Below are positions 1 through 10,652 of a DNA stretch of 64,000 nucleotides, one piece after another; position 1 is the first letter of the stretch; every line of letters starts with the position of its first letter. Location of the stretch: positions 1 through 64,000 of IMG/VR virus record IMGVR_UViG_3300018080_006015; one strand, written 5' to 3'. The notes under the pieces were generated by a model. That model was not told the origin of the DNA and searched no databases. It saw only the letters and a program-made list of their open reading frames with translations. Both the position numbers and the translations under genes were made by a program. Source of the DNA: a virus.

Positions 1-117
1 GAAATTACTACTGTTTTAGAACATTTTGAAAAAAAACTAATTAATATTTTATCGTTTGCAGATAAAGAATTGGCAAAAAGACTAGCAAATGCAGTAGATC
101 AGGAAGGATCTGATTAG
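1..117 (+). CDS. 3' end of a hypothetical protein (partial)
   Basis: Frame 1 is open from base 1 (EITTVLEHFEKKLINILSFADKELAKRLANAVDQEGSD) to TAG at 115-117. Confidence 0.6.
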   Translation, partial: EITTVLEHFEKKLINILSFADKELAKRLANAVDQEGSD

Positions 118-192
118 TGTTTAGGTGGTTAAATGAACTAATAATTTGCCTTATTAGTGAGGAATGTTAATTATTTACAAAAAAACAGAATA

Positions 193-636
193 ATGTCGTT
201 TGATTTTAAAATATTAGATGGTGATTTTGTACTTGGCTCTAATGGGGATTTGGAGCGAGTGGAGAATACTGAGAAGTTAGTTCAAGATATTTTGAAAATA
301 TGTATTACTCCGTTAGGATCTAATGTTTTTTTTCCGTGGTATGGCTCACCAATTGGCAAGAGTCTAATAGGTAATGCTCTAGACATGGAGTTTATGTCTA
401 CTATGGCATCTAGTCAATTAACCAGCGCTTTAGAAGCCTTACAAGCCAATCAACAGGAGCAAGCAAAGGGGCAAAGAGTTACTCCATTTGAGCATATGGC
501 GGCAATTAGTCAGGTTCGTATAGAGCGAAACGATATAGATCCTCGATACTTTTCTGTGTTAGTTCGTGTGCTGACAAGAGCGCTAACTGAGGCCTCTACA
601 GAGTTTACAGTTAAACCTATACAAGGTAGTCTGTAA
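193..636 (+). CDS. Baseplate wedge / sheath initiator protein, gp25/GPW-like
   Basis: L.QDI.K...TPLGSN.F.P.YGS motif typical of the gp25/GPW family; directly upstream of a baseplate J gene. ATG 193 (MSFDFKI) preferred over GTG 157. Confidence 0.75.
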   Translation: MSFDFKILDGDFVLGSNGDLERVENTEKLVQDILKICITPLGSNVFFPWYGSPIGKSLIGNALDMEFMSTMASSQLTSALEALQANQQEQAKGQRVTPFEHMAAISQVRIERNDIDPRYFSVLVRVLTRALTEASTEFTVKPIQGSL

Positions 637-660
637 ATTAGCAATTTTTCAGCATATAAT

Positions 661-669
661 TGATATATA
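661..669 (+). promoter_or_regulatory. Candidate extended -10-like promoter element TGATATATA
   Basis: TG[AT]TATATA recurs upstream of gene starts at 661, 13629, 18520 and 22510. The AT-rich background weakens the call. Confidence 0.35.
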
Positions 670-702
670 TTCTTAACGTAAAGGTTATGATAGGATACAA
701 GT

Positions 703-3700
703 ATGGTACGCATACGCACAGCTAATGAAGTAATTTTAGGGCTGATAGATTTTTATAGAGCAGCTCAGCCATTAATGGATACAAAACCAGGGTCTGCCGC
801 CCGAGATGTCTTTGTGGACGGTTTAGGTACACAAATAGCTAGATTGTACGAAGAATTGAATGCGGTTTCCAATTTGCAGTCATTAAGATTGTCTATTGGG
901 TCAGATTTAGATAGAATTGCGCAGAATTTCGGTGCAGTTAGGCAGAGAGGAAGTAAATCTACTGGCCCGGCGTTATTAACATTTCAAGGTTTAGATGTAG
1001 ATATTGGGATAAATCAAGGAGATATAATTTACACTAAGAGTGGAATTAGTTTTTCTGTGTTAAATAGTGCTGTTATTAGTACTGTAAATGCCAATGCATA
1101 TAGGGCTACAGCGTCAAAATATCGGTCTGATTTAGATTATGTCGGTATAAGTGATGAATATGCTGCGGAAGTATTGGTAGAGGCTACGTCGTCAGGAATT
1201 CAGGGAAACATAGCAAAATATACATTAAATTCTACTAACATACCAGGTATTCATGGTGTTACAAATGCATTTCCTTTTGGTGGCGGTAGGGATGTTGAGG
1301 ATGATGCAACTTTTCGCAATAGAGTTTTTGCTATATTTGGCGGAGCTAATACAGGTACATCATTAGGATATCGTAATGCAGCATTAACTGACCCATCTGT
1401 TCTTGATGCTATTGTTATTGAGGCCGGAGATCCTTTAATGACAAGGGATGGTACTCAGGTAAGTGTTGCGGCTGATGGTACTAGAACGATTATATCCGAA
1501 GGGACTGGTGGAAAAGTAGATATCATAATTTTCGGGACAAGAATTCAAGAGGTTGTAGATAGTTATGTTTATCAGGATTTAAGTAATACAGGTGATCCTA
1601 CAGATTCCGATAATGATTATGTTTTAGGTCAAATTGAGGGCGATGAATCAAAAACTGTGACCAGAAAACGTTTAGAAAACATTGCCGATGAAGTTTTGCC
1701 CAATCAACCTGCATTTAATATTATTGAGGTGCGAGGGTCATTGAGCGGTGCAAATTTTGTAGAAAAGGATGTTGACGGATTAGGTCGAATCACTGGTAAT
1801 TATGAGTTAATTGATGATTTTGGAGTGTATGGTGGGAGTCCATGGGGCTTTGATAGATTGCACTGGATATCTGATAGAATTAGTGACTTTCCTGAAGATA
1901 AAACCAAAACATTATTTAATGGCCAGGATCCTTTAACATTTACTGATTTATTAGAAGTCACTGAAATTAAACAAGATATTTCTGTGGTAAATGAAAATAG
2001 TGCGGTAGATAGATCTAATAGAAATTACATACAATTATCACATAGCCCTATAAAAAATGTTACTAGAGTATTTAATGTAACAACTGGGGAACGATATGTT
2101 GTTGACGATCAGGCCCCAGATGATGATGGTTCCCTCAATATTTCTGGTAGGATCTTAATTAGTGGTCAAAGTCTCCCATCTGTTTCTGATACACTACAAG
2201 TAGATTATACTTGGGTTTTTAGTTATGATCCGTATTTTGATTTTGATAATAGAACATTAGGAACGAATCCAAGAGATGTACAGGATAGTATTGATTGGGG
2301 ATTTTCAAATGCTGTTCGTAGACAGCGTGTGACATTAATAGCTGCCGGTTCATTTTTAACAGCTACAGTTACACATCCTATTAGTTCTGTAGTTACAGTA
2401 AACGTATTTTCAGAACACTCAACCGATATAACCATAGCATCTCAACGCTTGGCAGTTGTTGTTCCAGTTGATGTGACTAATGTTGTTAGCATTGTGCGTG
2501 ACTCAGATGGTGCTGAACTATGGAATACAAGTCGTGCTGATGGTTCTTTTAGCGCTAAAACAATATATTTACCAACGGATACTGTTGGTGCATTTGGCGA
2601 AGATGTAACAATCGTATATAATGCAGATGATGTTTATAATGCTGATACTCAGGGTAATTTTAGTGGTAATGTAATTAGCATTGTTCCATCGGGAGTAGCC
2701 ACTGCTGGGCGAATTGTTGAGTGTACTTATATTGCAAATATAAACCAATTATTGCCATCAACATTATTGTCATCTCTTCCGGCAATAAGAGATGGAAATT
2801 CATTTGATACTGGCGCCACAAATAATGTCGGTACGCAACCAACCACGCATGTTTTTGATAGTGAAGGCTTAATTGTTAGTAATCTAAGACAAGCCCCCTC
2901 AAATTTGGGGCTGACAATTTCTGGACCTATTTCTTCTGGCACTATTACCGTATCTGGCACTACCATAACTGCTGTTTTTGATGAGGTATTTACCGTAGCG
3001 AATGATGGGCTTAAACATAATTTATCATCAGCGATAAAATCATTTTTGGAATTAAGCTCTGTATCATCCATTCCTTCTAATATTAGAGTTGCAAGGCTTA
3101 TAAGTTTTGAAAAGGTTTCGACATCTATAAATAATGATGTATTAAGTGTTTTGCATGCTTACGATATTAAAGGCTATCATTTAAGAGATAATAGTTTCGT
3201 CAAGGACGAATGTGTTGCTGATGCGACTTTGACGGCAACAGAAGTAACATTACCGTCTACATTTGACAATGATGATAATGCACCAGTTGTCGGTGATAAG
3301 GTAAGGGTACGCTTTTATATTGTAACAACAGAGGATACTGAAAATGTATCATTTAGTAAAAGTGGAACATTATATACTAACAATAGATATGCACTTGTAG
3401 ACACTGTGTCAATATCCAGTGGGTTTACATCTACAGCCTCCTCATCTGCCACTTTAGAAATTACAAATCTAAATCAGCCGATAACCAGAACAAGATACAA
3501 GTCATATTATGATTATTTAGCTCCAAAAGCAAATGAAAGAATTACAATAAAATATAATTACGACAGGTTAATTACTGATACAACATTTTCTGTGGAGGAT
3601 GCGAGACCAGTAAATGCGGACGTACTAGTAAAGGCTGCCATCCCCATTTTGGTAGATGTTACCATGTATATTGTTGTGACCACGTCTTTTGAGAATACAC

Positions 3701-3942
3701 CACAGATTGTTAGACAAAACGTTCAAGATGCCATAACTGCAGAGCTTAACGCGCAAGCATTGGGTACGACAATTGACTCTAGCGATCTAATTAATGCCGC
3801 GTATCAAGTAAACGGTGTGGATCGTGCAAGAATTATATTTTTTAATAAGGCAAATGAAGCAGCATCTGTATTAAGCATTACGGCTCAAAAGAACGAATAT
3901 ATTGTAGCAAACAATGTTGAAATAGAGACGGAAACAAGATAG
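703..3942 (+). CDS. Baseplate J / gp6-like protein with large central insertion
   Basis: N-terminal GSDLDRIAQNFGAVRQRG, G.QGNI, FGGGRDVEDDATFRNR and a C-terminal LGTTIDSSDLINAAYQVNGV segment match baseplate J architecture; 1079 aa. Confidence 0.85.
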   Translation: MVRIRTANEVILGLIDFYRAAQPLMDTKPGSAARDVFVDGLGTQIARLYEELNAVSNLQSLRLSIGSDLDRIAQNFGAVRQRGSKSTGPALLTFQGLDVDIGINQGDIIYTKSGISFSVLNSAVISTVNANAYRATASKYRSDLDYVGISDEYAAEVLVEATSSGIQGNIAKYTLNSTNIPGIHGVTNAFPFGGGRDVEDDATFRNRVFAIFGGANTGTSLGYRNAALTDPSVLDAIVIEAGDPLMTRDGTQVSVAADGTRTIISEGTGGKVDIIIFGTRIQEVVDSYVYQDLSNTGDPTDSDNDYVLGQIEGDESKTVTRKRLENIADEVLPNQPAFNIIEVRGSLSGANFVEKDVDGLGRITGNYELIDDFGVYGGSPWGFDRLHWISDRISDFPEDKTKTLFNGQDPLTFTDLLEVTEIKQDISVVNENSAVDRSNRNYIQLSHSPIKNVTRVFNVTTGERYVVDDQAPDDDGSLNISGRILISGQSLPSVSDTLQVDYTWVFSYDPYFDFDNRTLGTNPRDVQDSIDWGFSNAVRRQRVTLIAAGSFLTATVTHPISSVVTVNVFSEHSTDITIASQRLAVVVPVDVTNVVSIVRDSDGAELWNTSRADGSFSAKTIYLPTDTVGAFGEDVTIVYNADDVYNADTQGNFSGNVISIVPSGVATAGRIVECTYIANINQLLPSTLLSSLPAIRDGNSFDTGATNNVGTQPTTHVFDSEGLIVSNLRQAPSNLGLTISGPISSGTITVSGTTITAVFDEVFTVANDGLKHNLSSAIKSFLELSSVSSIPSNIRVARLISFEKVSTSINNDVLSVLHAYDIKGYHLRDNSFVKDECVADATLTATEVTLPSTFDNDDNAPVVGDKVRVRFYIVTTEDTENVSFSKSGTLYTNNRYALVDTVSISSGFTSTASSSATLEITNLNQPITRTRYKSYYDYLAPKANERITIKYNYDRLITDTTFSVEDARPVNADVLVKAAIPILVDVTMYIVVTTSFENTPQIVRQNVQDAITAELNAQALGTTIDSSDLINAAYQVNGVDRARIIFFNKANEAASVLSITAQKNEYIVANNVEIETETR

Positions 3943-3946
3943 TATT

Positions 3947-6900
3947 ATGGCAAATCTGCGACTATTAAAAATAAAAGTTATAGATAGCACTACCATTCGT
4001 GCTAGATTTACGGACGATCTTGATCCGCTTATTAACACCGCTAACGTTGTGGTAACTCCGAATATACCAAGCGTACCTGAGCCAACAGTGTTAGAGGTAG
4101 AAATTTCTAGTGCCGATATAATAATAACTACACGACCTATGACACCGTATGCGGCTTATTTTGTGGAGTTCCGGTCAACATTGTCAACAAAATTTAAGTC
4201 AAAAGATGGGTCTTCATTTTTATTAGAAGACGGAACTACAAATGTACCATTGGTAATTGGTCCTGAAGATCCGGCAGATCCTATCAGGACATATTTAATT
4301 CATTTATTAAAAGATAATGTTTATAACTTGCAAACCGGAACTATAATTCGTGACGCTATAAATAGTCAATCTAAGGTACTTACTAGGGCGTTGTATGATA
4401 TTAGACAAGCTAAAAATGATAATTATTTGACGGATATTGTGTATGACGAATTAAAAGTTCGCGGTGGTGGTCCTTATGATAGACTACAAGAAGAGGGTGC
4501 ATATGAAATTATTCGTGTAGGCAGACAGCAGGCAGGATCTACGGCATCTACTAGTTTTAGCTTTACAAGTTTTCCACGAGGACCAGTTACACTACTTGCA
4601 ACACCAATAACAAATGAAAGATTAACTATTGGTAGCGGCCCTGGGACATTTGATAAATTAATATTGACGGTTAATAAATTTCCGGTAACTAAATTGAATT
4701 CTGTTGTATTTGAGTATGCGTCTGGCGCTAGAGCAGAATATGATATATCGCAACTAGGGTATCGTATACAGGATTCGCGCTATGATGAAAGTTACGCCTC
4801 AACACTACTAACGCTTGATACTGATCAATTTAAGTTAAGTTCGTCAATTTTAGATGGTGGATATGATATTCCAGCTGCGGGTGATACAATTGTTGTAAGT
4901 TATGAGTATAAGTCTGAGGGTCGAGTAGTTGATGAGGAATCAGTAACAGTGTCTCAAGTCCTAAATGCAACAAGGGAAACGGCACCGGCAATTATTACAG
5001 AGTTTACTACAGATTATTTTCCTATCGTAACTGCTACAGATAAGATTTCAGGGTTTGGTGGTATTGAGTTTTTAGATCCAGAATCTAATCCACCATTTTT
5101 CAGCACTCATCCCGCATTTATAAAGGAACTTCCATTTAAATATGATGGATTACCGGCAAACCCAGGTGAATATACGGTAGATTATGAAACAGGTAGGATA
5201 TTTGTATATGGTGCCGTAACTAGTGACGGTACTGGCAATTATCCACCTGTAATGAACTATAAGTATAGAAACACATTTGACTCAAGGCTTGATTATACAT
5301 ACGATCCTGATACTTCTGATTTGGCGGCAAGTCCGTTAAGAGATTTAACGGGCCAAACCGCAAAGATATCTTTCGATTATGAGCAAGCATTGACACCAGA
5401 AATAGATTACGTCCCTCAAGTTCATGCCGAAGTTTTAGATGAGAGAATAGAAAATCGTATTAACGCATCAAATGCTGTGCGCGTAGCTCATGGGCCAATT
5501 ACAAATGTGTTTCGCATTTATAATGAGACAAGTGGAGAAATTTATAAGGTAACTAGATGGAGTGATGATACGGTCTATTATTCGTATACGGTGTCGCCAA
5601 GAATTATAGACGTTAACCGAGAGCGAGCGGAATTTACAGATATATTAAATGAGACATTAATTGTTGATAATGAGGTTACAAATTCTATAGGCGTAAGAAT
5701 ATTTGTAATAGATCTTAAATATAACAGAATATTTTCTACATCGGAAGATGTTATTGGTTCTAGTTTCAATAGTAGTGTGTCTTTTAGTCGTTCTGATATT
5801 TTCAAAAAAGAACTTTATTTTGATTCACAAATTCTATCTGTATCAGACAATATAGACCGGCTGAAAGTTGGAAGATATCAAGTGGATTATGTTAATGGCG
5901 TTGTATATTTGGGTGTAACGGCAATACAAGACTTTGATTTAGGAACAATAAATTATAAGAATTATAACATTAAACCTCAAAATCCTCATTTAATTAGTGT
6001 GTCAGAAATTTATCATCAGATTAGTGAGATTTCAGTAATAGACAAAAAAATTAATTATACAATATTTGGTGATGATTTTATTACTCCGTCAACATTTGAT
6101 CGATCCGATGAGAGGTTTTTAAATGGTGATACTACATTGCCATATTTTGTAACTGCTGGAACTATCACTGTTTCTGATGATATAAAAAACATTCGTAATA
6201 TTTATGACGTATATGATTTAAATAACAATGAAAATCCCACAAATTTTGCAGAAGGAGCGACATTTTCGGCTAATGTAATCACCTTAGATGCTGATGGTAT
6301 ATTATCTAAGGTTTCTTCTGTTATTGATCCTGGTTTAACAATAGATGTGCCATTTGTATCTGCTGGTGTTGAAATTGCTAGTGTTACTAGTGTGGTAAGA
6401 ATTAGTGATGGTCAAGAGCTATATGATGCTGGTGGTTCGTTTTCCGGGTATACAATAACATTATCTGGAGCTGTAGGCGCTCCAGTTCCCGGACAAGCCG
6501 TGTTTATAACGTATCATTTAAGAATGAATGGTGGTGCGACACCCGTTGTTGATTATAATCGTGGTGATTATTATATTGATTATACTTATTTGGCAGATGA
6601 GATTCTTGTAAGCTACGAATATGGGGATAATGTTTTAGATTTTAGAAATAGTGGCGCATTAGATGAGGGGGACCAATATTTTGTTTCTTATAAAGTTGGG
6701 GCGTTGCGAAGTGGGTTGTTGAAGAACTTTGGTAGTTTGGTGGACGTTCCTGTTCTAAATAATTTTGATACGACATTGCCAAGAGAAAGATATAGAGATG
6801 CGTTAAAAGCGGCATTGCAATCATTTACAAGAGGTCCAACAATTCCATCTATTACAGATATGGTTGCTCATATAACGCATATTGATCCGGAAATTGTCGA

Positions 6901-9900
6901 AGGAGTGTTTGAGGCGTGGTCATTAGGTATAAGCAATTTATATTTGAATGCAATTGATTATACGGAGGGTATATCTTTATTACCCGCAAAGTTTGATTTA
7001 GGTGTACTAATTGATGATGATGGAGAAACAATAACATTTCCGACATCTAGCAATCTTAGATTAGAAGAGGGAACTCTGGAAATGTGGGTAATTCCAGAGT
7101 GGAACGGTCTTGATAATGATGCCACATTAACATTTGAAGTATTTAAAAAAGATGGCACACACGTAGCTGCTGACGATATTTATATTGGTGCGAGCAGTTA
7201 TCATCCAACAATGGATTTAAATAATAGATTTGTTGTAAATCGGAAGGATGTTCCAAGTCCTATTGGGTTGCCTTCTGCTATATTTAATCAGGTTGGATTT
7301 TTCATTTATTACGACGAATATGCCAAGAGATGGAATGTTTTGGCCCGAGCATATGTGGGAAATAAAGCATATGATGGGTATCACATTATGGGTGGGGCAG
7401 TATATTATGGTACTATAGAATCATCCGGCGAAGTATATGATGCAAAATGGATACCGGGCCTTGGTGAAATTGATGACGTTTTGCGCAGTGGAATGGAAAA
7501 AATAGAATTCAAATTCAATTTAGATGGCTATGACGTTTTAAGTCCAGATGGCTATAAAGATGGATACAATGATGGGTATGTGCCCGGATATTCGTTTGAT
7601 GGCATTACATTTATGGCTGATAATGAGCACTATTTGTTTGATTTTGGTAAAACAGAATCAACCAACAGGTTTTCATTATATAAAGACGGCCGTGGTTATT
7701 TAAATTTTAGGGTGTTTGATAATGGTAACGCTGTTACTAATAGAAAAAACCAATTCAAAGTTAGTGCGGATATTTCAGATTGGCTAGCTGGCCAAAAACA
7801 TCATGTAGCCGTATCGTGGAAGCTTAATACATCTGATAGGCAAGATGAAATGCATTTATTTATAGATGGTTTTGAGATGCCTAATATTATGAGATATGGT
7901 GGTAGGCCAGTTGCTACGTCGTCGGATAGATTTAGAACAGTCAAACCAGAAATTGTGGCTGGTGTAGTTCCACTTAATGTCGTAACCAACAATGACATGC
8001 ATACGGTTGCCGGATCAAATATGGTTTATTCCGATAGTGTTAATTTTACATCAGAGGGGATTGTAGTCGGAAATACCATTCACATTTTGGAGCCAGGATT
8101 TACCACTTACAATATACTTGCTGTTATTGGAAATACCTTACAATTAGATTCGGCCATGCCATCCACATTTGATGATGCAAGATTTTCTGTAAACGAATAT
8201 TCTGTAGTTGTGTCAAGTGAAATAAATTTGTTTAACAATATTGCCGTTTCTATTATTAGTGGTGGCGTTGAAACAGAGATTCCAGGCCTTAGAGCTGATA
8301 TTCCAAGTTATTCTATTAGTAAAAATGTTTATAACGAAGATGTGTTGTCTTTATTGGGAAGTGCTAAGGCGGGAGATCAAATTGCAATAAGAACTCTTGG
8401 ATTAAACCATAGGCGAGCAAGGGCCAGACAATATGTTTGGGGCAATACTAGTAGTGTTATAAAAACACAATTGCCACCACCAATTTATTTGGATGAGGCA
8501 AAAATTTATCCTGTATTATACCCTATCGAGTCAATTGGGCCTCATAATTCTGTTCTTATTGGTGGAAGATTTTTTGCTGCTGGATTAACTACAAGTCAGC
8601 CATCAAATGATACGGAAGGAAGGACATTGGCTGTAAGAATGACGGGAGGTAATGTTAATTTTTCAACGCCTCCTGTTGTAACTATTTTTGGAGTAACGCC
8701 ATCGGGCCCATTAGCAGAGGTTTTAACATTTAACTCTCCCTCCATTCAAAATACCACAAATAAGTTTTTGACAGTTGCATCCATCAATATTGAGGCAACC
8801 CCAATAGTTACGACACAAAACAGTGTCTCTGTAGAAATAAAAGAGGCATTTCCAATAACATTTTCTGAAGGAAATTTAATATTCCCTGTATTGAGGTTTA
8901 GTTATAAGACACAGATGGGTAAAACGCTTGAGGGCACAGGAAGCAATGTTGTTACAGATCATGGCGGGTATTTTGTAGATTCTAATGTTGGTCAGAAATT
9001 AGTTATAAACTCTCCGGCCGCGGTTGCCGGAACTTACACAATAACAGGGCGTATAGATACCACAAATATTACTATAACGCCCGCTCCGCCAATAGCATTC
9101 AGTAATGGAAACTATAGTGTGTTTAATGTTACTTTGGGCAGAAGCGGTTTCCAAAATGGATTTTTTACATTTGAGGTTGCTGGAGCTACAAATGAGCCAT
9201 TTCCACTAAAACAAGGGTGGTATGAATTTGATTATTCTGCTCATTTAGAGATTCCGATGGATCCGGTAAATAATATAGAGTCTCATATTGGATCTGATAT
9301 GAATAGTCACAAGCCGGCAAATGCTATTATTGATGAATTTAGAATTTTATCTACACAATTAACAGATGTTCGTGTGGGCGAGTCATTGGCGGAAAACGAA
9401 GATTCTATAACTACAGATTATACCGCATTAAGAGAATTTATTGCAAATAGTGACACTTTAATGTTGTTGCATTTTAATGAACTTCCATTGTCTAATGATG
9501 CAGATTTTTGGGTAACATCTACCAGAGATTATTTGCAGTCTGGCAGTAGCGTTAATAGTAATTTTGATAAAAGTTTAATTGTGGCGGATAAGCCTTTGGT
9601 TTACGATAATAGCGGAAGATTACAAACATTATCTGAAGGTTCTATTGAGTTCTGGGTTAGTCCTAAGTTTGATACGTACAATGATCCTAATTTTAGGTTT
9701 TATTTTGATGCGAGTGGATCATTAGAGGAGGAAACCACAAGTTTAACTAATGGCACTGTACAGTTATCAAGAAGTGCCGCTAGTATTTTCAGTGTAAGAT
9801 TGCAAACAGACGTTGATAATGATGGTGTCGATTATTTTGCTGGTGGTAGGTTATTGTCAGATTTTCAAACAATTAATTTGGGAAAGGCATTGCCAGCCCA

Positions 9901-10645
9901 ACAGACTCCGGTAAAAATAAACTATATACCAAGCGGATTGTCTGGTGATCGCATTTCTATATATAAAGATCAAGAAGGATTTATAACATTTAATGTTAGG
10001 GCCGTTGGCATAGATTATCAGGTGCGACATCCAGTATTTTGGTCACGAGATTCTTGGCATCGTGTTAGAGCCACATATAAATTTAACCGCGCAGATAATC
10101 AGGATGAAATTCGCTTGTTTATAGACGGTGAGGAAAGGGGAGCGGTAAGGTTTGGAGCCGATTTATTATTTGGACAGGGGCTTATTTTCGGTCAAGGATT
10201 TGCTGGAGTTGATAATTCAGTATTAATAGATGATATCAATTTTTCCGATCCAATCAATGAATTTTTTATAGGTTCTGATTATTTAAGAGCCAATACAGCC
10301 CAGGCAAGAATTGATAACTTGAGACTGAGTAATGTTTCTAGAGATCCTTTAGTTATTGCTGGTCAATCTACGGATGTTAACTTTAGTCAAAATTTGAACA
10401 TTGTGTATCCGGTAATTGAAGATGCATTTACTACGTTTTTAATGAATTTTGACACAGTAAAGTTTAAAGCAGATGATTTTGCACTGCTTAAAGATGATGT
10501 CTATGGTATATTTAATTTTACTATAAATATCATAGATTCCTTTAATATAGTTTCTAGCGACGCAAAAGTGCAACAGGTTTTAGAGAGTCTAATAAATGCA
10601 CTAAAGCCGGCGCAAAGCAAAGTAACACTCAATTATATCAGATAG
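3947..10645 (+). CDS. Giant baseplate wedge / tail protein (gpI/gp7-like) with LamG/ConA-like domains
   Basis: Follows baseplate J. RERYRDAL...RGPT segment and C-terminal LKPAQ motif; LamG-like motifs GTLEMW/HHVAVSW/LFIDG/IDEFRI and GSIEFW/WHRV/LFIDG/IDNLRLS; 2232 aa. Confidence 0.7.
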   Translation: MANLRLLKIKVIDSTTIRARFTDDLDPLINTANVVVTPNIPSVPEPTVLEVEISSADIIITTRPMTPYAAYFVEFRSTLSTKFKSKDGSSFLLEDGTTNVPLVIGPEDPADPIRTYLIHLLKDNVYNLQTGTIIRDAINSQSKVLTRALYDIRQAKNDNYLTDIVYDELKVRGGGPYDRLQEEGAYEIIRVGRQQAGSTASTSFSFTSFPRGPVTLLATPITNERLTIGSGPGTFDKLILTVNKFPVTKLNSVVFEYASGARAEYDISQLGYRIQDSRYDESYASTLLTLDTDQFKLSSSILDGGYDIPAAGDTIVVSYEYKSEGRVVDEESVTVSQVLNATRETAPAIITEFTTDYFPIVTATDKISGFGGIEFLDPESNPPFFSTHPAFIKELPFKYDGLPANPGEYTVDYETGRIFVYGAVTSDGTGNYPPVMNYKYRNTFDSRLDYTYDPDTSDLAASPLRDLTGQTAKISFDYEQALTPEIDYVPQVHAEVLDERIENRINASNAVRVAHGPITNVFRIYNETSGEIYKVTRWSDDTVYYSYTVSPRIIDVNRERAEFTDILNETLIVDNEVTNSIGVRIFVIDLKYNRIFSTSEDVIGSSFNSSVSFSRSDIFKKELYFDSQILSVSDNIDRLKVGRYQVDYVNGVVYLGVTAIQDFDLGTINYKNYNIKPQNPHLISVSEIYHQISEISVIDKKINYTIFGDDFITPSTFDRSDERFLNGDTTLPYFVTAGTITVSDDIKNIRNIYDVYDLNNNENPTNFAEGATFSANVITLDADGILSKVSSVIDPGLTIDVPFVSAGVEIASVTSVVRISDGQELYDAGGSFSGYTITLSGAVGAPVPGQAVFITYHLRMNGGATPVVDYNRGDYYIDYTYLADEILVSYEYGDNVLDFRNSGALDEGDQYFVSYKVGALRSGLLKNFGSLVDVPVLNNFDTTLPRERYRDALKAALQSFTRGPTIPSITDMVAHITHIDPEIVEGVFEAWSLGISNLYLNAIDYTEGISLLPAKFDLGVLIDDDGETITFPTSSNLRLEEGTLEMWVIPEWNGLDNDATLTFEVFKKDGTHVAADDIYIGASSYHPTMDLNNRFVVNRKDVPSPIGLPSAIFNQVGFFIYYDEYAKRWNVLARAYVGNKAYDGYHIMGGAVYYGTIESSGEVYDAKWIPGLGEIDDVLRSGMEKIEFKFNLDGYDVLSPDGYKDGYNDGYVPGYSFDGITFMADNEHYLFDFGKTESTNRFSLYKDGRGYLNFRVFDNGNAVTNRKNQFKVSADISDWLAGQKHHVAVSWKLNTSDRQDEMHLFIDGFEMPNIMRYGGRPVATSSDRFRTVKPEIVAGVVPLNVVTNNDMHTVAGSNMVYSDSVNFTSEGIVVGNTIHILEPGFTTYNILAVIGNTLQLDSAMPSTFDDARFSVNEYSVVVSSEINLFNNIAVSIISGGVETEIPGLRADIPSYSISKNVYNEDVLSLLGSAKAGDQIAIRTLGLNHRRARARQYVWGNTSSVIKTQLPPPIYLDEAKIYPVLYPIESIGPHNSVLIGGRFFAAGLTTSQPSNDTEGRTLAVRMTGGNVNFSTPPVVTIFGVTPSGPLAEVLTFNSPSIQNTTNKFLTVASINIEATPIVTTQNSVSVEIKEAFPITFSEGNLIFPVLRFSYKTQMGKTLEGTGSNVVTDHGGYFVDSNVGQKLVINSPAAVAGTYTITGRIDTTNITITPAPPIAFSNGNYSVFNVTLGRSGFQNGFFTFEVAGATNEPFPLKQGWYEFDYSAHLEIPMDPVNNIESHIGSDMNSHKPANAIIDEFRILSTQLTDVRVGESLAENEDSITTDYTALREFIANSDTLMLLHFNELPLSNDADFWVTSTRDYLQSGSSVNSNFDKSLIVADKPLVYDNSGRLQTLSEGSIEFWVSPKFDTYNDPNFRFYFDASGSLEEETTSLTNGTVQLSRSAASIFSVRLQTDVDNDGVDYFAGGRLLSDFQTINLGKALPAQQTPVKINYIPSGLSGDRISIYKDQEGFITFNVRAVGIDYQVRHPVFWSRDSWHRVRATYKFNRADNQDEIRLFIDGEERGAVRFGADLLFGQGLIFGQGFAGVDNSVLIDDINFSDPINEFFIGSDYLRANTAQARIDNLRLSNVSRDPLVIAGQSTDVNFSQNLNIVYPVIEDAFTTFLMNFDTVKFKADDFALLKDDVYGIFNFTINIIDSFNIVSSDAKVQQVLESLINALKPAQSKVTLNYIR
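7547..7582 (+). repeat. Degenerate 12-bp tandem repeat encoding DGYK-DGYN-DGYV
   Basis: gatggctataaa gatggatacaat gatgggtatgtg. The Gly codons differ (ggc/gga/ggg); further DGY copies start at 7373 and 7523. Confidence 0.85.
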
Positions 10646-10652
10646 GTAAACC

